Below, in pieces: positions 10,130 to 20,274 of a stretch of DNA of 64,000 nucleotides. This DNA comes from Cyanobacteria bacterium J06626_4 (GTDB lineage: Bacteria > Cyanobacteriota > Cyanobacteriia > Phormidesmidales > Phormidesmidaceae): assembly GCA_038523235.1 (NCBI GenBank), contig JBCBJQ010000004.1, positions 32,001 to 96,000 on the forward strand. Direction: 5' to 3'. The notes under the pieces are model-generated. The model was not told the origin of the DNA, did not search any database, and worked only from the letters and a program-made list of their open reading frames with translations. Position numbers and translations under genes: made by a program. The stretch's first letter is position 1. Each line of letters starts with the position of its first letter.

Positions 10130-10558
10130 ACAGGTTTGGATGATAGATAGTGGAAGTACAGTAGCGTCTATTAGACTAATATATCTGCTCAGGTTTGTCT
10201 TTTGTGGACAAAGAAAAAACAAGAATGGTTTTGCCTCGCTGCCAAATTCACTTCAACCTCAGGGCATCCTGACTGAAGTGCTCATTTTAGCTTTAACCTA
10301 GCATCCACCTGCAGCGATAATATTATGGGGATACTTTGACGGCTCTCGGGCCATGACCGAGTCGGATGCTCGTATCAGAACTGTTCAGGTTTGAAGTACC
10401 CTCCGGTAGAACTGTTCTGACTCTGGTTGACCGTTCAAATCTTTAAGTGTTCAGAGACGCGAGTTTCTTGCTTTAGAACGAGCGGCATTTAGGATAAGGA
10501 CGCCGCAGTGCCCGGCACCTGCGCAGATTTACTCAAGCTATCTAGTGTTTCCCCGGTT

Positions 10559-11284
10559 ATGGCTGCTGGTCTAAAACCCTCTACGGTAGAGCTGCTCAAG
10601 CGATTTAATCGCGCTTTTCCACAATTCTATGAGCAGTTTGTCAGCAGTGAGATTCAGCTGCAAAACTTGCGCTTGGCCTATCAGCTCTACAAAACTCGCA
10701 AAGCCGTGATTGAGCTGAAGCCCGAAGGCAATCGTAGTGCGTTGCATTTTGCCTATCGCAATCAGTCTTTTTTGCTCAGCGATATTTTCGGGGTTTTAGC
10801 AGCCTATGGGCTAACCATTCATAATCTCAGCCTGTATGGCCAGATTTATCCCCCCATGCTGGTTTTTATCAAGCTAGTGGTGTCGCGCGGGGGAAAGGCG
10901 TTGCCCCCCAAAACTGCCGATAATGTCTGTCGCGCCATTCGAGAGGCCCTAGCGGGGCATTTTGAAGTGGAAGAAATGCTCACGGTGGAATTCAACTTGG
11001 ATGCCGGGTTAGAGCAGGTCGAAACGGAGTTTTACGTCGATCCGGTCTTCCATCTACCGGCATTGCTGATTGAAGCTGATAACCAGCCGGGGTTGTTCTA
11101 CAAGGTAATGTATGCCATCTGGCAAGAAGATTTGCTGGTTGTCAACGCCAATTTACTCGTGTGGCGCGGGCGTACTCGTTTAATTCTTTACCTATTAGGC
11201 CCGAACGAAAGTTTGATTCCGGAGTATCTCGGTCACAAGATTGCCGAGGGTATTCGCTATCGATTGCTCGGCAAAAGTGCCTAA
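10559..11284 (+). CDS. Conserved hypothetical protein with two GlnD/ACR-type ACT-like domains
   Basis: Segments NQSFLLSDIFGVLAAYGLTIHNL and EADNQPGLFYKVMYAIWQEDLLVVNA resemble the ACT DxPGL motif. Confidence 0.7.
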   Translation: MAAGLKPSTVELLKRFNRAFPQFYEQFVSSEIQLQNLRLAYQLYKTRKAVIELKPEGNRSALHFAYRNQSFLLSDIFGVLAAYGLTIHNLSLYGQIYPPMLVFIKLVVSRGGKALPPKTADNVCRAIREALAGHFEVEEMLTVEFNLDAGLEQVETEFYVDPVFHLPALLIEADNQPGLFYKVMYAIWQEDLLVVNANLLVWRGRTRLILYLLGPNESLIPEYLGHKIAEGIRYRLLGKSA

Positions 11285-11337
11285 CGCGGGAATCGCAGGG
11301 CGACAAAATGGCGACTGCCGCAATATATGATGGAAGT

Positions 11338-12264
11338 ATGTCTTATTTTGATGTGCTGGGCGTTCCTCATGCCTATCGCTTGACGCCAGAGACGCAACAG
11401 TCAGAAACAACAGTGGTTTTTGTGCATGGCTGGCTGCTAAGTCAAGGGTATTGGCAACCCGTGATCGATCGCCTCAATCCTGATTTTCAATGTTTGAGCT
11501 ATGACCTCAGAGGGTTTGGCGAATCGAGTCAGGGGCTCGCAGGGCGATCACTGGTCACCGCGACCCACTTGAGCAATGACCCAACTCCCTTTAGCCTCGA
11601 GGCCTATGCCCAAGACCTGGGCGCTTTGTTAGCGGCCTTAGACCTCGACTCGGTCTGGCTGGTCGGTCATTCCCTTGGGGGCAGTGTTGCGCTGTGGGCC
11701 GCCAAATTGTTTCCTCAGCGGGTGCAGGGCATCGTTTGTGTCAATGCTGGCGGGGGCATGTATCTACCCGATGAGTTTGCTCGTTTTCGCCAAGCGGGGC
11801 AGCAAGTCGTTCGCTGGCGACCGCCCTGGCTTAAGGCCGTGCCTTTGATGAACCGAGCCTTTGCCAGCATGATGGTGCATAAGCCTTTAGCTTTGCATTG
11901 GGGTGAGCAGCGGCTGATCGATTTACTCGCTGCTGATGCAGCGGCAGCTCGGGGCGTCCTGTTGGAATCGACCACGGAGGCCGAGGTGCATCGCTTACCG
12001 CAGGTGGTTGCGAGCTTAGAGCAACCCGCTTATTTTGTCGCTGGGGCGCAAGACCCAGTCATGGAGACAAAATACGTTCAACATCTGGCGAGCTTTCACC
12101 CGTTGTTTGATAGCTCTGAAGGCAATGTCACCATATTGCCCGAATGTGGTCACATGGCGATGGTTGAGCAGCCAGAGGCTTTGGCCAACATCATTCGCCA
12201 GCACCTCTCAACAGCGGTCGGCCCGAGCCAAAACGCCTGCGCAAAAGATTCGGTCATGCAGTGA
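11338..12264 (+). CDS. Alpha/beta fold hydrolase
   Basis: VFVHGW, YDLRGFG, nucleophile elbow GHSLGG, catalytic His in CGHMAMVE; start could also be 11308. Confidence 0.9.
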   Translation: MSYFDVLGVPHAYRLTPETQQSETTVVFVHGWLLSQGYWQPVIDRLNPDFQCLSYDLRGFGESSQGLAGRSLVTATHLSNDPTPFSLEAYAQDLGALLAALDLDSVWLVGHSLGGSVALWAAKLFPQRVQGIVCVNAGGGMYLPDEFARFRQAGQQVVRWRPPWLKAVPLMNRAFASMMVHKPLALHWGEQRLIDLLAADAAAARGVLLESTTEAEVHRLPQVVASLEQPAYFVAGAQDPVMETKYVQHLASFHPLFDSSEGNVTILPECGHMAMVEQPEALANIIRQHLSTAVGPSQNACAKDSVMQ

Positions 12265-12451
12265 ATTGAGCTGGCTGGCTAGCCGTCAGCTCAGCCAGGC
12301 TGGCAACACAGGTATCGTGTCTCATCATCCAGTCAATCAAGGTCAGGGGCCGTCATCGCAGTTGGTCGACCTATCACCGGTCTGAAACTTAGTGAGGGTT
12401 GCTGTCGGTCAGCAAAAATCTAAAATTCTTGGCGCTGCCCAGCAAAAACGG

Positions 12452-12482
12452 TTGACATAGAGGGGATAAAAACTGCTAGGCT
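12452..12482 (+). promoter_or_regulatory. Putative promoter of tRNA-Gln
   Basis: TTGACA (12452-12457) and extended -10 TGcTAGGCT ending 12482, just upstream of the tRNA; 19-bp spacer is long. Confidence 0.5.
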
Positions 12483-12498
12483 GTTTAAGCCTGAATGA

Positions 12499-12570
12499 TG
12501 GGGTGTCGCCAAGCGGTAAGGCAGCGGGTTTTGGTCCCGCCATTCCCAGGTTCGAATCCTGGCACCCCAG
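12499..12570 (+). tRNA. trnQ: tRNA-Gln(UUG)
   Basis: TGGGGTG...CACCCCA acceptor stem; anticodon arm GCGGG-TTTTGGT-CCCGC; GGTTCGAATCC T-arm; CCA not encoded. Confidence 0.97.
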
Positions 12571-12786
12571 TTCAATTAAACCGATATTCTCTAGTTCATA
12601 GAGCTTCAGTTGTCTCTTTTCGACCACAGCTCGAACTTCGCTATGAATAGCTGATTTGCGCCGCTTTCATCCTTGATCAAGCTTGGTTATTCAGTCTGTT
12701 GTCAGCTGAGATGACTCGCCCAGAACCAAACATCGACCGGCTTAAGGGCACCCTAAAGACAGTCTTGGTCAATTTAAAGGGGTGTC

Positions 12787-14316
12787 ATGCTATCGAGAAT
12801 CTGGAGTGCGGCGATCGTCGGTATTGACGCTATCAAGGTGGGTGTTGAAGTCGATTTGTCGGGAGGCTTGCCCACGATGGTGGTCGTCGGCTTGCCGGAT
12901 GCTGCTGTGCAAGAGTCACGGGAGCGGACTCGCGCTGCGCTCAAAAATTCTGGATTTCCCTTCCCGATGCGCAAGATCGTCATCAACCTCACCCCTGCGG
13001 ATCTGCGAAAGGAAGGCCCTAGCTTTGATTTGCCGATTAGTATGGGCGTATTGGCGGCCACGGAGCAAATCAAGCCTGATTTACTCGATGACTTTTTGTT
13101 CATGGGTGAGTTGTCGCTGGATGGCACTTTGAGGCCAGTGGCGGGCGTATTGGCGATCGCGGCGGCAGCGAAATCACTTGGTCTCAAGGGATTGGTGGTG
13201 CCTGCTAATAATGCCCGTGAGGCAGCGGTTGTGCCGGGGCTAGAGGTTTATGGTTTCAAGCGATTATCTGACATTGTTGATTTCCTCAACCATCCTGCTC
13301 AGCATCTGCCCTACCAGCTCGATGGCCAAGCCGAATTGGCGAAGGTCAACGCCAACCCGATGGATTTGCGCGATGTCAAAGGTCAGGCCCAGGCCCGCCG
13401 CGCGTTAGAAATTGCGGCTGCCGGCGGCCACAACTGCATTTTTATTGGGCCGCCCGGCAGCGGGAAAACGATGCTGGCTCGTCGTTTGCCCAGCATCCTA
13501 CCGCCATTATCCTTTGAAGAAGCCCTAGAAGTGACCCAGATTCACTCGGTGGCTGGTTTGCTGAAAGAAAAAGGCAGTCTGGTGACGAGCCGCCCTTTTC
13601 GCAGCCCTCATCACTCAGCCTCTGGCCCGTCGCTGGTCGGCGGGGGTAGTTTTCCGAAGCCGGGAGAGATCTCGCTGGCCCATCGGGGGGTGTTGTTTTT
13701 AGATGAAATGACTGAGTTCAAACGGGATGTGCTGGAATTTTTGCGCCAACCGCTAGAAGATGGTTACGTGACGATTACGCGCACGCGCCAGTCTGTGGAG
13801 TTTCCAGCCCAGTTCACGTTGGTAGCCAGTACTAATCCGTGCCCTTGTGGCTACTATGGTGATTTGGTACAGCCTTGTACCTGTAGCCCTCGCAGTCGAG
13901 AGCAATATTGGGCCAGGTTGTCGGGGCCGCTGATGGATCGAATTGATTTGCAGGTAGTGGTGGGTCGACTCAAGCCCGAAGAGATGACCCGCGTGGTGGA
14001 GGGCGAGCCGTCAGAAAAAGTGCGAATTCGGGTGGAGGCGGCGCGCGATCGCGCCCATGCTCGCTTCCAGTCTGAAACCTCACTACAGTGCAATGCTGAT
14101 ATGCAAAGTCGTCATCTGCGCCACTGGTGTCCGCTAGACGACACCACCCAAACTCTGATGGAAAACGCTGTCCGTAAACTGGGACTATCGGCGCGGGCCA
14201 CCGATCGCATCCTCAAAGTGGGTCGCACAATTGCCGATCTGGATAATGCCGATACCCTGCAGGCCCAACACATTGCCGAAGCCATTCAATATCGCACCAT
14301 CGATCGCATGCAGTAA
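12787..14316 (+). CDS. comM: YifB/ComM family Mg-chelatase-like AAA+ ATPase
   Basis: INLTPADLRKEGPSFDLP, Walker A GPPGSGKT, HRGVLFLDE, NPCPCG, SGPLMDRID. Confidence 0.93.
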   Translation: MLSRIWSAAIVGIDAIKVGVEVDLSGGLPTMVVVGLPDAAVQESRERTRAALKNSGFPFPMRKIVINLTPADLRKEGPSFDLPISMGVLAATEQIKPDLLDDFLFMGELSLDGTLRPVAGVLAIAAAAKSLGLKGLVVPANNAREAAVVPGLEVYGFKRLSDIVDFLNHPAQHLPYQLDGQAELAKVNANPMDLRDVKGQAQARRALEIAAAGGHNCIFIGPPGSGKTMLARRLPSILPPLSFEEALEVTQIHSVAGLLKEKGSLVTSRPFRSPHHSASGPSLVGGGSFPKPGEISLAHRGVLFLDEMTEFKRDVLEFLRQPLEDGYVTITRTRQSVEFPAQFTLVASTNPCPCGYYGDLVQPCTCSPRSREQYWARLSGPLMDRIDLQVVVGRLKPEEMTRVVEGEPSEKVRIRVEAARDRAHARFQSETSLQCNADMQSRHLRHWCPLDDTTQTLMENAVRKLGLSARATDRILKVGRTIADLDNADTLQAQHIAEAIQYRTIDRMQ

Positions 14317-14386
14317 ATCAAGACAACGACCAGTCCTAGCTGAGTAAGATCAAGCTAATAGATTTGTGAAGCGCATATGGTCAAGC

Positions 14387-15052
14387 ATGATGGCTGAACT
14401 TACCACGACGCAAACCCTTCAAACCGACACCTGGATGCAGGCTACTTGGTCGCAGTTTGTCGCGACCGCCTATAGCGAGACTTACCAAAATGGGCAGGCT
14501 TACTATGATGACGGGCAGATGAGGATTGAAATGGCACCACTGGGATCTGCTCATGGGCAAGATAATTCCCTCATTTCTACCGTGGTTACTTTGTACGGTT
14601 TGGTAAAAAGCTTGCCCCTTAAAGAACTGATTAATACGAGTTTCCGTAAAACGGGCGTGCGTGAATGTCAGCCCGATTTAGCCTATTACATTGGGGCCAA
14701 TCTACCCGAATTGCCTCGCGACAATGCGCCCATTGATGTCGATCAATCAGGCGCGCCAACCCTGGTGGTTGAAGTCGGGGCGACCTCCTTTAGCGATGAT
14801 TTAGGCAGCAAACGTTTGCTTTACGAACAATTTGGAGTTGAAGAATATTGGGTTATTAATACTCAGGAAAAAGAGGCGATCGCATTTGCTATTGCTGATG
14901 GACGCAGTGGTCGAATCCTAGTGTCTCAAGTTTTACCAGAGTTAAGTTTGGCGCTAGTCAACCAAGCTTTGCGGCGAAGTATTACCGCAGATACCAGTAG
15001 CATTGGTCGTTGGCTGCTCCAAAACTACGACGATTCGGAGCAGATCTTGTAG
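14387..15052 (+). CDS. Uma2 (DUF820) family putative restriction endonuclease-like protein
   Basis: QPDLAYY...LVVEVG...DDLGSKRLLYEQFGVEEYWV PD-(D/E)xK pattern. Confidence 0.9.
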   Translation: MMAELTTTQTLQTDTWMQATWSQFVATAYSETYQNGQAYYDDGQMRIEMAPLGSAHGQDNSLISTVVTLYGLVKSLPLKELINTSFRKTGVRECQPDLAYYIGANLPELPRDNAPIDVDQSGAPTLVVEVGATSFSDDLGSKRLLYEQFGVEEYWVINTQEKEAIAFAIADGRSGRILVSQVLPELSLALVNQALRRSITADTSSIGRWLLQNYDDSEQIL

Positions 15053-15152
15053 AGACAAAGACGAACAGAAGTGTGATTTATTCCTCTACTCGGTTTACGA
15101 CTATCAGCGTGCTTGCTTCCTCATTTCCTTACTCCTTACTAAAGATTTTTAT

Positions 15153-15189
15153 AAAGCAAACCCTCCACAGAAAAGTGATCTGCGGAGGG
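15153..15189 (-). terminator. Rho-independent terminator of psaAB
   Basis: Minus strand CCCTCCGCAGA-N7-TCTGTGGAGGG followed by TTTGCTTT, about 30 nt after the psaB stop. Confidence 0.8.
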
Positions 15190-15218
15190 CTTAGTTATCT
15201 ACCTAACAGCTGCAGTCG

Positions 15219-17441
15219 CTAGCCAAATCGGCTTGACGTCGAGGCTATCAGGAAGGCCGCGTAGGTCAGAATGTATCCCACCGTAAAGTGAGCAAGACCC
15301 ACGACACGAGCCTGAACGATAGAGAGAGCAACGGGCTTATCCTTCCAGCGAACCAGGTTCGCTAGGGGAGTGCGCTCGTGCGCCCAAACGATGGTCTCGA
15401 TCAGCTCTTGCCAGTAACCCCGCCAAGAGATCAAGAACATAAATCCAGTTGCCCAGACCAGGTGTCCAAAGAGGAACATCCAAGCCCAAACCGCCAGGTT
15501 GTTCATGCCATAGGGGTTGTAGCCGTTAATCAGCTGAGAAGAGTTAAGCCACAGATAGTCCCGCAGCCAGCCCATCAAGTAGTTCGAGTTCTCGTTGAAC
15601 TGAGCCACGTTACCTGACCAGATGCTCAAATGCTTCCAGTGCCAGTAGAAGGTGACCCAACCAATGGTGTTCAACATCCAGAACATGGCGAGGTAAAAGG
15701 CATCCCAAGCAGAGATGTCACAAGTACCGCCACGGCCCGGGCCATCGCAAGGGAAGCTGTAGCCGAAGTCCTTTTTGTCGGGCATCAGCTTAGAACCGCG
15801 AGCATCCAACGCACCCTTGACCAAAATCAGAGTGGTGGTGTGCAGGCCTAATGCGATCGCATGGTGAACGAGGAAGTCGCCAGGGCCAATGGTCAAGAAC
15901 AATGAGTTAGAGCCACTGTTGATGGCATCCATCCAACCCGGTAGCCAAACATTGCCTTGATTCGGCCAAGCCGTAAACGCAATGCTGTCAGGGTTCGAAA
16001 GCAAGCTGTCAAAGCCGTAAAGCATTTTGCCAGAAGCAGCCTGTACCCATTGAGCAAAGACGGGCTCAACCAGAATTTGCTTCTCAGGAGTACCAAATGC
16101 CACCACGACATCGTTGTGAACGTACAGCCCTAAGGTGTGGAAGCCCAAGAACAGGGACACCCAGCTCAGGTGAGAGATGATTGCTTCCTTATGCTGCAGA
16201 ACGCGGTCAAGGACGTTGTTCTTATTGGCAGCAGGATCGTAGTCCCGAATGAGGAAGATACTCCCGTGAGCAAACGCCCCCACCATGATGAAGCCAGCAA
16301 TGTACTGGTGGTGAGTGTAAAGCGCTGCCTGAGTGGTGTAATCCCGAGCGATAAAGGCATAGGGCGGTAGGGCATACATATGCTGCGCTACCAGAGAGGT
16401 AACGACACCCAAACTAGCCAGGGCCAAAGCCAACTGGAAGTGGAGGGAGTTGTTCAGCGTGTCATACAGACCCTTGTGGCCCTCACCCAAGTCTCCGGGC
16501 GTACCCGAAGGCGGCGTGTGAGCATTTAGGATTTCCTTAATGCTGTGACCGATACCAAAGTTGGTGCGGTACATATGGCCAGCCACGATGAAGATCACCG
16601 CGATCGCTAAGTGATGGTGAGCCATATCCGTCAGCCAGAGTGACTCCGTCTGAGGATGAAAACCGCCCAAGAAGGTCAGAATGGCCGTGCCAGACCCTTC
16701 AGCCGTACCAAAGATATGGTTGGCGGTGTCAGGATTCTGGGCATACACCCCCCAATTACCGGTAAAGAAAGGCATCAAACCGGCAGGGTGAGGTGGCGTC
16801 GACAGGAAGTTGCCCCAACCGACATGCTGACCCCGAGATTCGGGAATCGCCACGTGCACCAAGTGACCGGTCCAAGCCAAAGAGCTGACGCCAAAGAGAG
16901 CCGCCAAGTGGTGGTTCAGGCGCGATTCAGCATTCTTAAACCAGGACAAGCTGGGACGGAACTTAGGCTGAAGGTGCAACCAACCTGCAAACAGGAAGAC
17001 TGCCGACAAAATCAGCAAGAACACGGCCCCGGTGTACAGGTCGGTATTCGTGCGCATACCGATGGTGTACCACCAGTGATACACCCCGGAATAGGCAATG
17101 TTGACCGGGCTAGAAGCACCCGCCTGAGTGAACGCATCCACTGCGGGCTGGCCAAAGTGGGGGTCCCAAATCGCGTGGGCGATTGGGCGAATATTGAGCG
17201 GATCTTTGATCCACTGTTCGAAGTTACCTTGCCAAGCAACGTGAAACAGGTTGCCCGAGGTCCACAAAAAGATGATCGCCAGGTGGCCAAAGTGAGAAGC
17301 AAAAATCTTCTGATAAAGATTTTCCTCCGTCATGCCATCGTGGCTTTCAAAGTCGTGAGCCGTAGCAATCCCGTACCAGATTCGACGAGTCGTCGGATCT
17401 TGGGCTAGCGCTTGGCTAAATTTTGGGAATTTAGTCGCCAT
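15219..17441 (-). CDS. psaB: Photosystem I P700 apoprotein A2
   Basis: [24 protein letters not shown]-binding [15 protein letters not shown]. Confidence 0.99.
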   Translation of the reverse strand: MATKFPKFSQALAQDPTTRRIWYGIATAHDFESHDGMTEENLYQKIFASHFGHLAIIFLWTSGNLFHVAWQGNFEQWIKDPLNIRPIAHAIWDPHFGQPAVDAFTQAGASSPVNIAYSGVYHWWYTIGMRTNTDLYTGAVFLLILSAVFLFAGWLHLQPKFRPSLSWFKNAESRLNHHLAALFGVSSLAWTGHLVHVAIPESRGQHVGWGNFLSTPPHPAGLMPFFTGNWGVYAQNPDTANHIFGTAEGSGTAILTFLGGFHPQTESLWLTDMAHHHLAIAVIFIVAGHMYRTNFGIGHSIKEILNAHTPPSGTPGDLGEGHKGLYDTLNNSLHFQLALALASLGVVTSLVAQHMYALPPYAFIARDYTTQAALYTHHQYIAGFIMVGAFAHGSIFLIRDYDPAANKNNVLDRVLQHKEAIISHLSWVSLFLGFHTLGLYVHNDVVVAFGTPEKQILVEPVFAQWVQAASGKMLYGFDSLLSNPDSIAFTAWPNQGNVWLPGWMDAINSGSNSLFLTIGPGDFLVHHAIALGLHTTTLILVKGALDARGSKLMPDKKDFGYSFPCDGPGRGGTCDISAWDAFYLAMFWMLNTIGWVTFYWHWKHLSIWSGNVAQFNENSNYLMGWLRDYLWLNSSQLINGYNPYGMNNLAVWAWMFLFGHLVWATGFMFLISWRGYWQELIETIVWAHERTPLANLVRWKDKPVALSIVQARVVGLAHFTVGYILTYAAFLIASTSSRFG

Positions 17442-17466
17442 AGCTGGTTAGTGAGTCCTCCGTGCT

Positions 17467-19731
17467 CTATCCAACGGCAATAATTCGAGCCAGGAAGAAC
17501 GCCCATGTGGTGACGATTCCCCCGAGGAGGTAGTGAGCTACCCCAACTGCCCGGCCTTGAGTAATGCTCAGAGCACGAGGCTGAATTGCCGGAGCAACTT
17601 TCAGCTTGCTGTGAGCCCAGACAATCGACTCAATCAACTCTTGCCAGTAGCCGCGGCCACTAAACAAGAACATGAGGCTGAACGCCCAAACAAAGTGAGC
17701 TCCCAAGAACAGCAAACCGTAGGCCGAGAGTGCTGAACCGTAGGAACCAATGACCTGAGAAGCTTGCGCCCACAGGAAGTCACGCAACCAACCATTGATG
17801 GTAATCGCGCTGTTGGCAAAGTTGCCAGCGGTAATGTGAGAGACCGTTCCGTTATCAGAAACCGTGCCCCAGACATCTGACTGCATCTTCCAACTGAAGT
17901 GGAAAATCACGATGGACAACGAGTTGTACATCCAGAACAGACCGAGGAACACGTGATCCCAACCAGACACCTGACAGGTGCCGCCACGGCCCGGACCGTC
18001 GCAAGGGAAACGGAAACCCAGTTCGCCTTTGTCAGGAACGAGGCGAGAGCTGCGGGCATACAGCACACCTTTCAAGAGAATCAACGCTGTCACGTGAATG
18101 GTGAAAGCATGGATGTGGTGCACCATAAAGTCAGCCGTGCCCAACGTGATGGGCATCATGGCCACTTTGCCACCGACCGCTACAACGTCGCCACCGAAGG
18201 CGGGGCTCACGCTCGCCATCACATTCGGCGCAGTCGAACCGACCGCCGCCGTATGCAACCCTTGCACCCATTGGGCAAAGATCGGCTGGAGCTGAATCGC
18301 CGAGTCAGAGAACATGTCTTGGGGACGTCCTAAGGCTCGCATGGTGTCGTTGTGGATGTACAAGCCAAAGCTATGGAAGCCAAGGAAAATACAAACCCAA
18401 TTCAAGTGGGAAATGATGGCATCGCGAGAGCGGAGCATCCGATCCAGCGCGTTGTCGAAGTTCACTTCGGGATCGTAGTCACGCACCATAAAGATGGCGG
18501 CGTGTGCTCCCGCACCCACAATAATGAAGCCGCCAATCCACATGTGATGGGTGAATAGGGACAGCTGCGTGGGGTAATCCGTTGCAATGTACGGATAGGG
18601 AGGCATCGCATACATGTGATGCGCCACGATGATGGTCAACGAGCCCAAGATTGCCAGGTTCACCGCAAGCTGTGCATGCCAAGAAGTCGTGAGGTTCTCG
18701 TACAAACCATCGTGACCTTTGCCACCAAACAAGAGGGGATCGCCTTTATGACCTTCCAGAATTTCCTTCATGCTGTGACCGATGCCCCAGTTGGTGCGAT
18801 ACATGTGGCCCGCAACAATAAAGAGGACAGCCAGAGCGAGGTGATGATGCGCCGTGTCAGACAACCAAAGGCCGCCAGTCACCGGATTTAAACCACCCTT
18901 AAAGGTCAGGAAATCAGAATAAGCAGACCAGTTCAAAGTAAAGAACGGGGTCAGACCCTGGGAAAAGCTGGGATACAGCTCCGCCATCAGGCTCTTATCC
19001 AAGATGAACTCGTGGGGCAGGGGAATATCCTGCGGGGCGACGCCAGCATCGAGCAGCGCGTTAATCGGCAAGGACACGTGAATTTGGTGTCCGGCCCAGC
19101 CCAAACAACCCAAGCCCAGCAGACCTGCTAGGTGGTGGTTCATCATGGATTCCACATTTTGGAACCACTCGAGCTTCGGCGCCCGCTTGTGGTAGTGGAA
19201 CCAGCCGGCAAACAGCATTAAACCCGCCATCACGAGACCGCCGATCGCGGTGCAGTAAAGCTGGTAGCTGTTGGTAATGCCGGAAGCCCGCCACAACTGG
19301 AAGAAACCAGAGGTAATTTGAATACCCTGGAAACCGCCGCCGACATCAGCATTCAGGATCTCTTGGCCAAAAATGGGCCAAACGACCTGAGCACTGGGCT
19401 TGATGGCCAGAGGATCGGCCATCCAGGTTTCGTAATTAGAAAACTTAGCGCCATGAAAATACATGCCGCTAAGCCAGATGAACACAACAGCCAAATGGCC
19501 GAAATGTGCACTAAAGATTTTGCGCGAAATATCTTCTAAGTCACTGGTATGACTATCAAAATCGTGAGCGTCAGCATGGAGGTTCCAAATCCAAGTTGTG
19601 GTTTTGGGACCTCGCGCAAGGGTGCGGTCAAAGTGACCCGGTTTAGCCCACTTCTCGAAAGAAGTAGGAACTGGATCTTTATCAACAGTCACCTTTACGC
19701 TTGCCTCCCGCTCGCGTGGGGTAGTTGTCAT
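17467..19731 (-). CDS. psaA: Photosystem I P700 apoprotein A1
   Basis: Start MTTTPRERE after a GAGAGGAG RBS (ORF track over-extends to 19803); [25 protein letters not shown]. Confidence 0.99.
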   Translation of the reverse strand: MTTTPREREASVKVTVDKDPVPTSFEKWAKPGHFDRTLARGPKTTTWIWNLHADAHDFDSHTSDLEDISRKIFSAHFGHLAVVFIWLSGMYFHGAKFSNYETWMADPLAIKPSAQVVWPIFGQEILNADVGGGFQGIQITSGFFQLWRASGITNSYQLYCTAIGGLVMAGLMLFAGWFHYHKRAPKLEWFQNVESMMNHHLAGLLGLGCLGWAGHQIHVSLPINALLDAGVAPQDIPLPHEFILDKSLMAELYPSFSQGLTPFFTLNWSAYSDFLTFKGGLNPVTGGLWLSDTAHHHLALAVLFIVAGHMYRTNWGIGHSMKEILEGHKGDPLLFGGKGHDGLYENLTTSWHAQLAVNLAILGSLTIIVAHHMYAMPPYPYIATDYPTQLSLFTHHMWIGGFIIVGAGAHAAIFMVRDYDPEVNFDNALDRMLRSRDAIISHLNWVCIFLGFHSFGLYIHNDTMRALGRPQDMFSDSAIQLQPIFAQWVQGLHTAAVGSTAPNVMASVSPAFGGDVVAVGGKVAMMPITLGTADFMVHHIHAFTIHVTALILLKGVLYARSSRLVPDKGELGFRFPCDGPGRGGTCQVSGWDHVFLGLFWMYNSLSIVIFHFSWKMQSDVWGTVSDNGTVSHITAGNFANSAITINGWLRDFLWAQASQVIGSYGSALSAYGLLFLGAHFVWAFSLMFLFSGRGYWQELIESIVWAHSKLKVAPAIQPRALSITQGRAVGVAHYLLGGIVTTWAFFLARIIAVG

Positions 19732-19860
19732 GGAGACTCTCCTCTCTCTAGACAAGCGAGCATTTGCAAGTTGGTACTGTACACCGATCGCCGAACCGGT
19801 CAACTAAAGGTTAAGAAACCTTAGATTTCCTGGGGCATCGAATTACAGTTGCTGTTGAGC

Positions 19861-19866
19861 ATTATA
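19861..19866 (-). promoter_or_regulatory. Putative -10 box of psaA promoter
   Basis: TATAAT on the minus strand about 130 nt upstream of the psaA ATG, with AT-rich sequence further upstream. Confidence 0.55.
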
Positions 19867-20045
19867 GACGCCTATATTTCCTTCTCTGGCGAGAGGTTAA
19901 CAATATTTCAACCTAGGGAAATAACCACCCCGCTTGACTTTCAGGCGCCAATGGCAATCAGAAAACGATACAAAAAGCACATTATTAATAATTCTCAATC
20001 AACTTCCTTAACTTTTCTCTGGCATTGAGGCCATCCGCCCGTCAT

Positions 20046-20063
20046 TTTGTTAAAAAATGTAAA
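20046..20063 (-). promoter_or_regulatory. HLR1-like (RpaB) direct repeat upstream of psaA
   Basis: TTTACATT-TT-TTAACAAA versus consensus (G/T)TTACA(T/A)(T/A)-N2-(G/T)TTACA(T/A)(T/A), one mismatch. Confidence 0.6.
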
Positions 20064-20274
20064 CTTTAATGTATTTAATTGGCTTTTTGACGTCGGATTC
20101 TTGGGTTTTTCGGCTTTTGGTAAATGTCTGTAATCTTCTGCTTATTGCAGTGATTGAAAAATTAAATTTACGTTGCAACCGTTTAGGCGATGTGGCGATG
20201 TGGGTAATCGGGCTTTCGCCCGGTTCCGCAGTGAGGGAAAATCTGAACGGAACAACAGAAACGGGAGTGTGGGG

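Noticed and set aside
11161..11337. N-terminal extensions in the ORF track (hydrolase; also def, thrB, GNAT, psaA, ogt, murC)
   Set aside because: The extensions overlap neighbouring genes or precede the recognisable conserved N-termini; downstream starts were used
12499..15052. Genomic island integrated at tRNA-Gln or in comM
   Set aside because: comM is intact; no integrase and no duplicated tRNA 3' end seen; single Uma2 genes are common in cyanobacteria
16656..17408. 250-aa ORF antisense to psaB, and the other short ORFs overlapping psaA/psaB
   Set aside because: Shadow ORFs produced by the codon bias of highly conserved genes; no motifs
15219..19731. Possible far-red-light (FaRLiP) psaA2/psaB2 cluster
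   Set aside because: No rfpABC, chlF, or paralogous psa/psb/apc genes nearby
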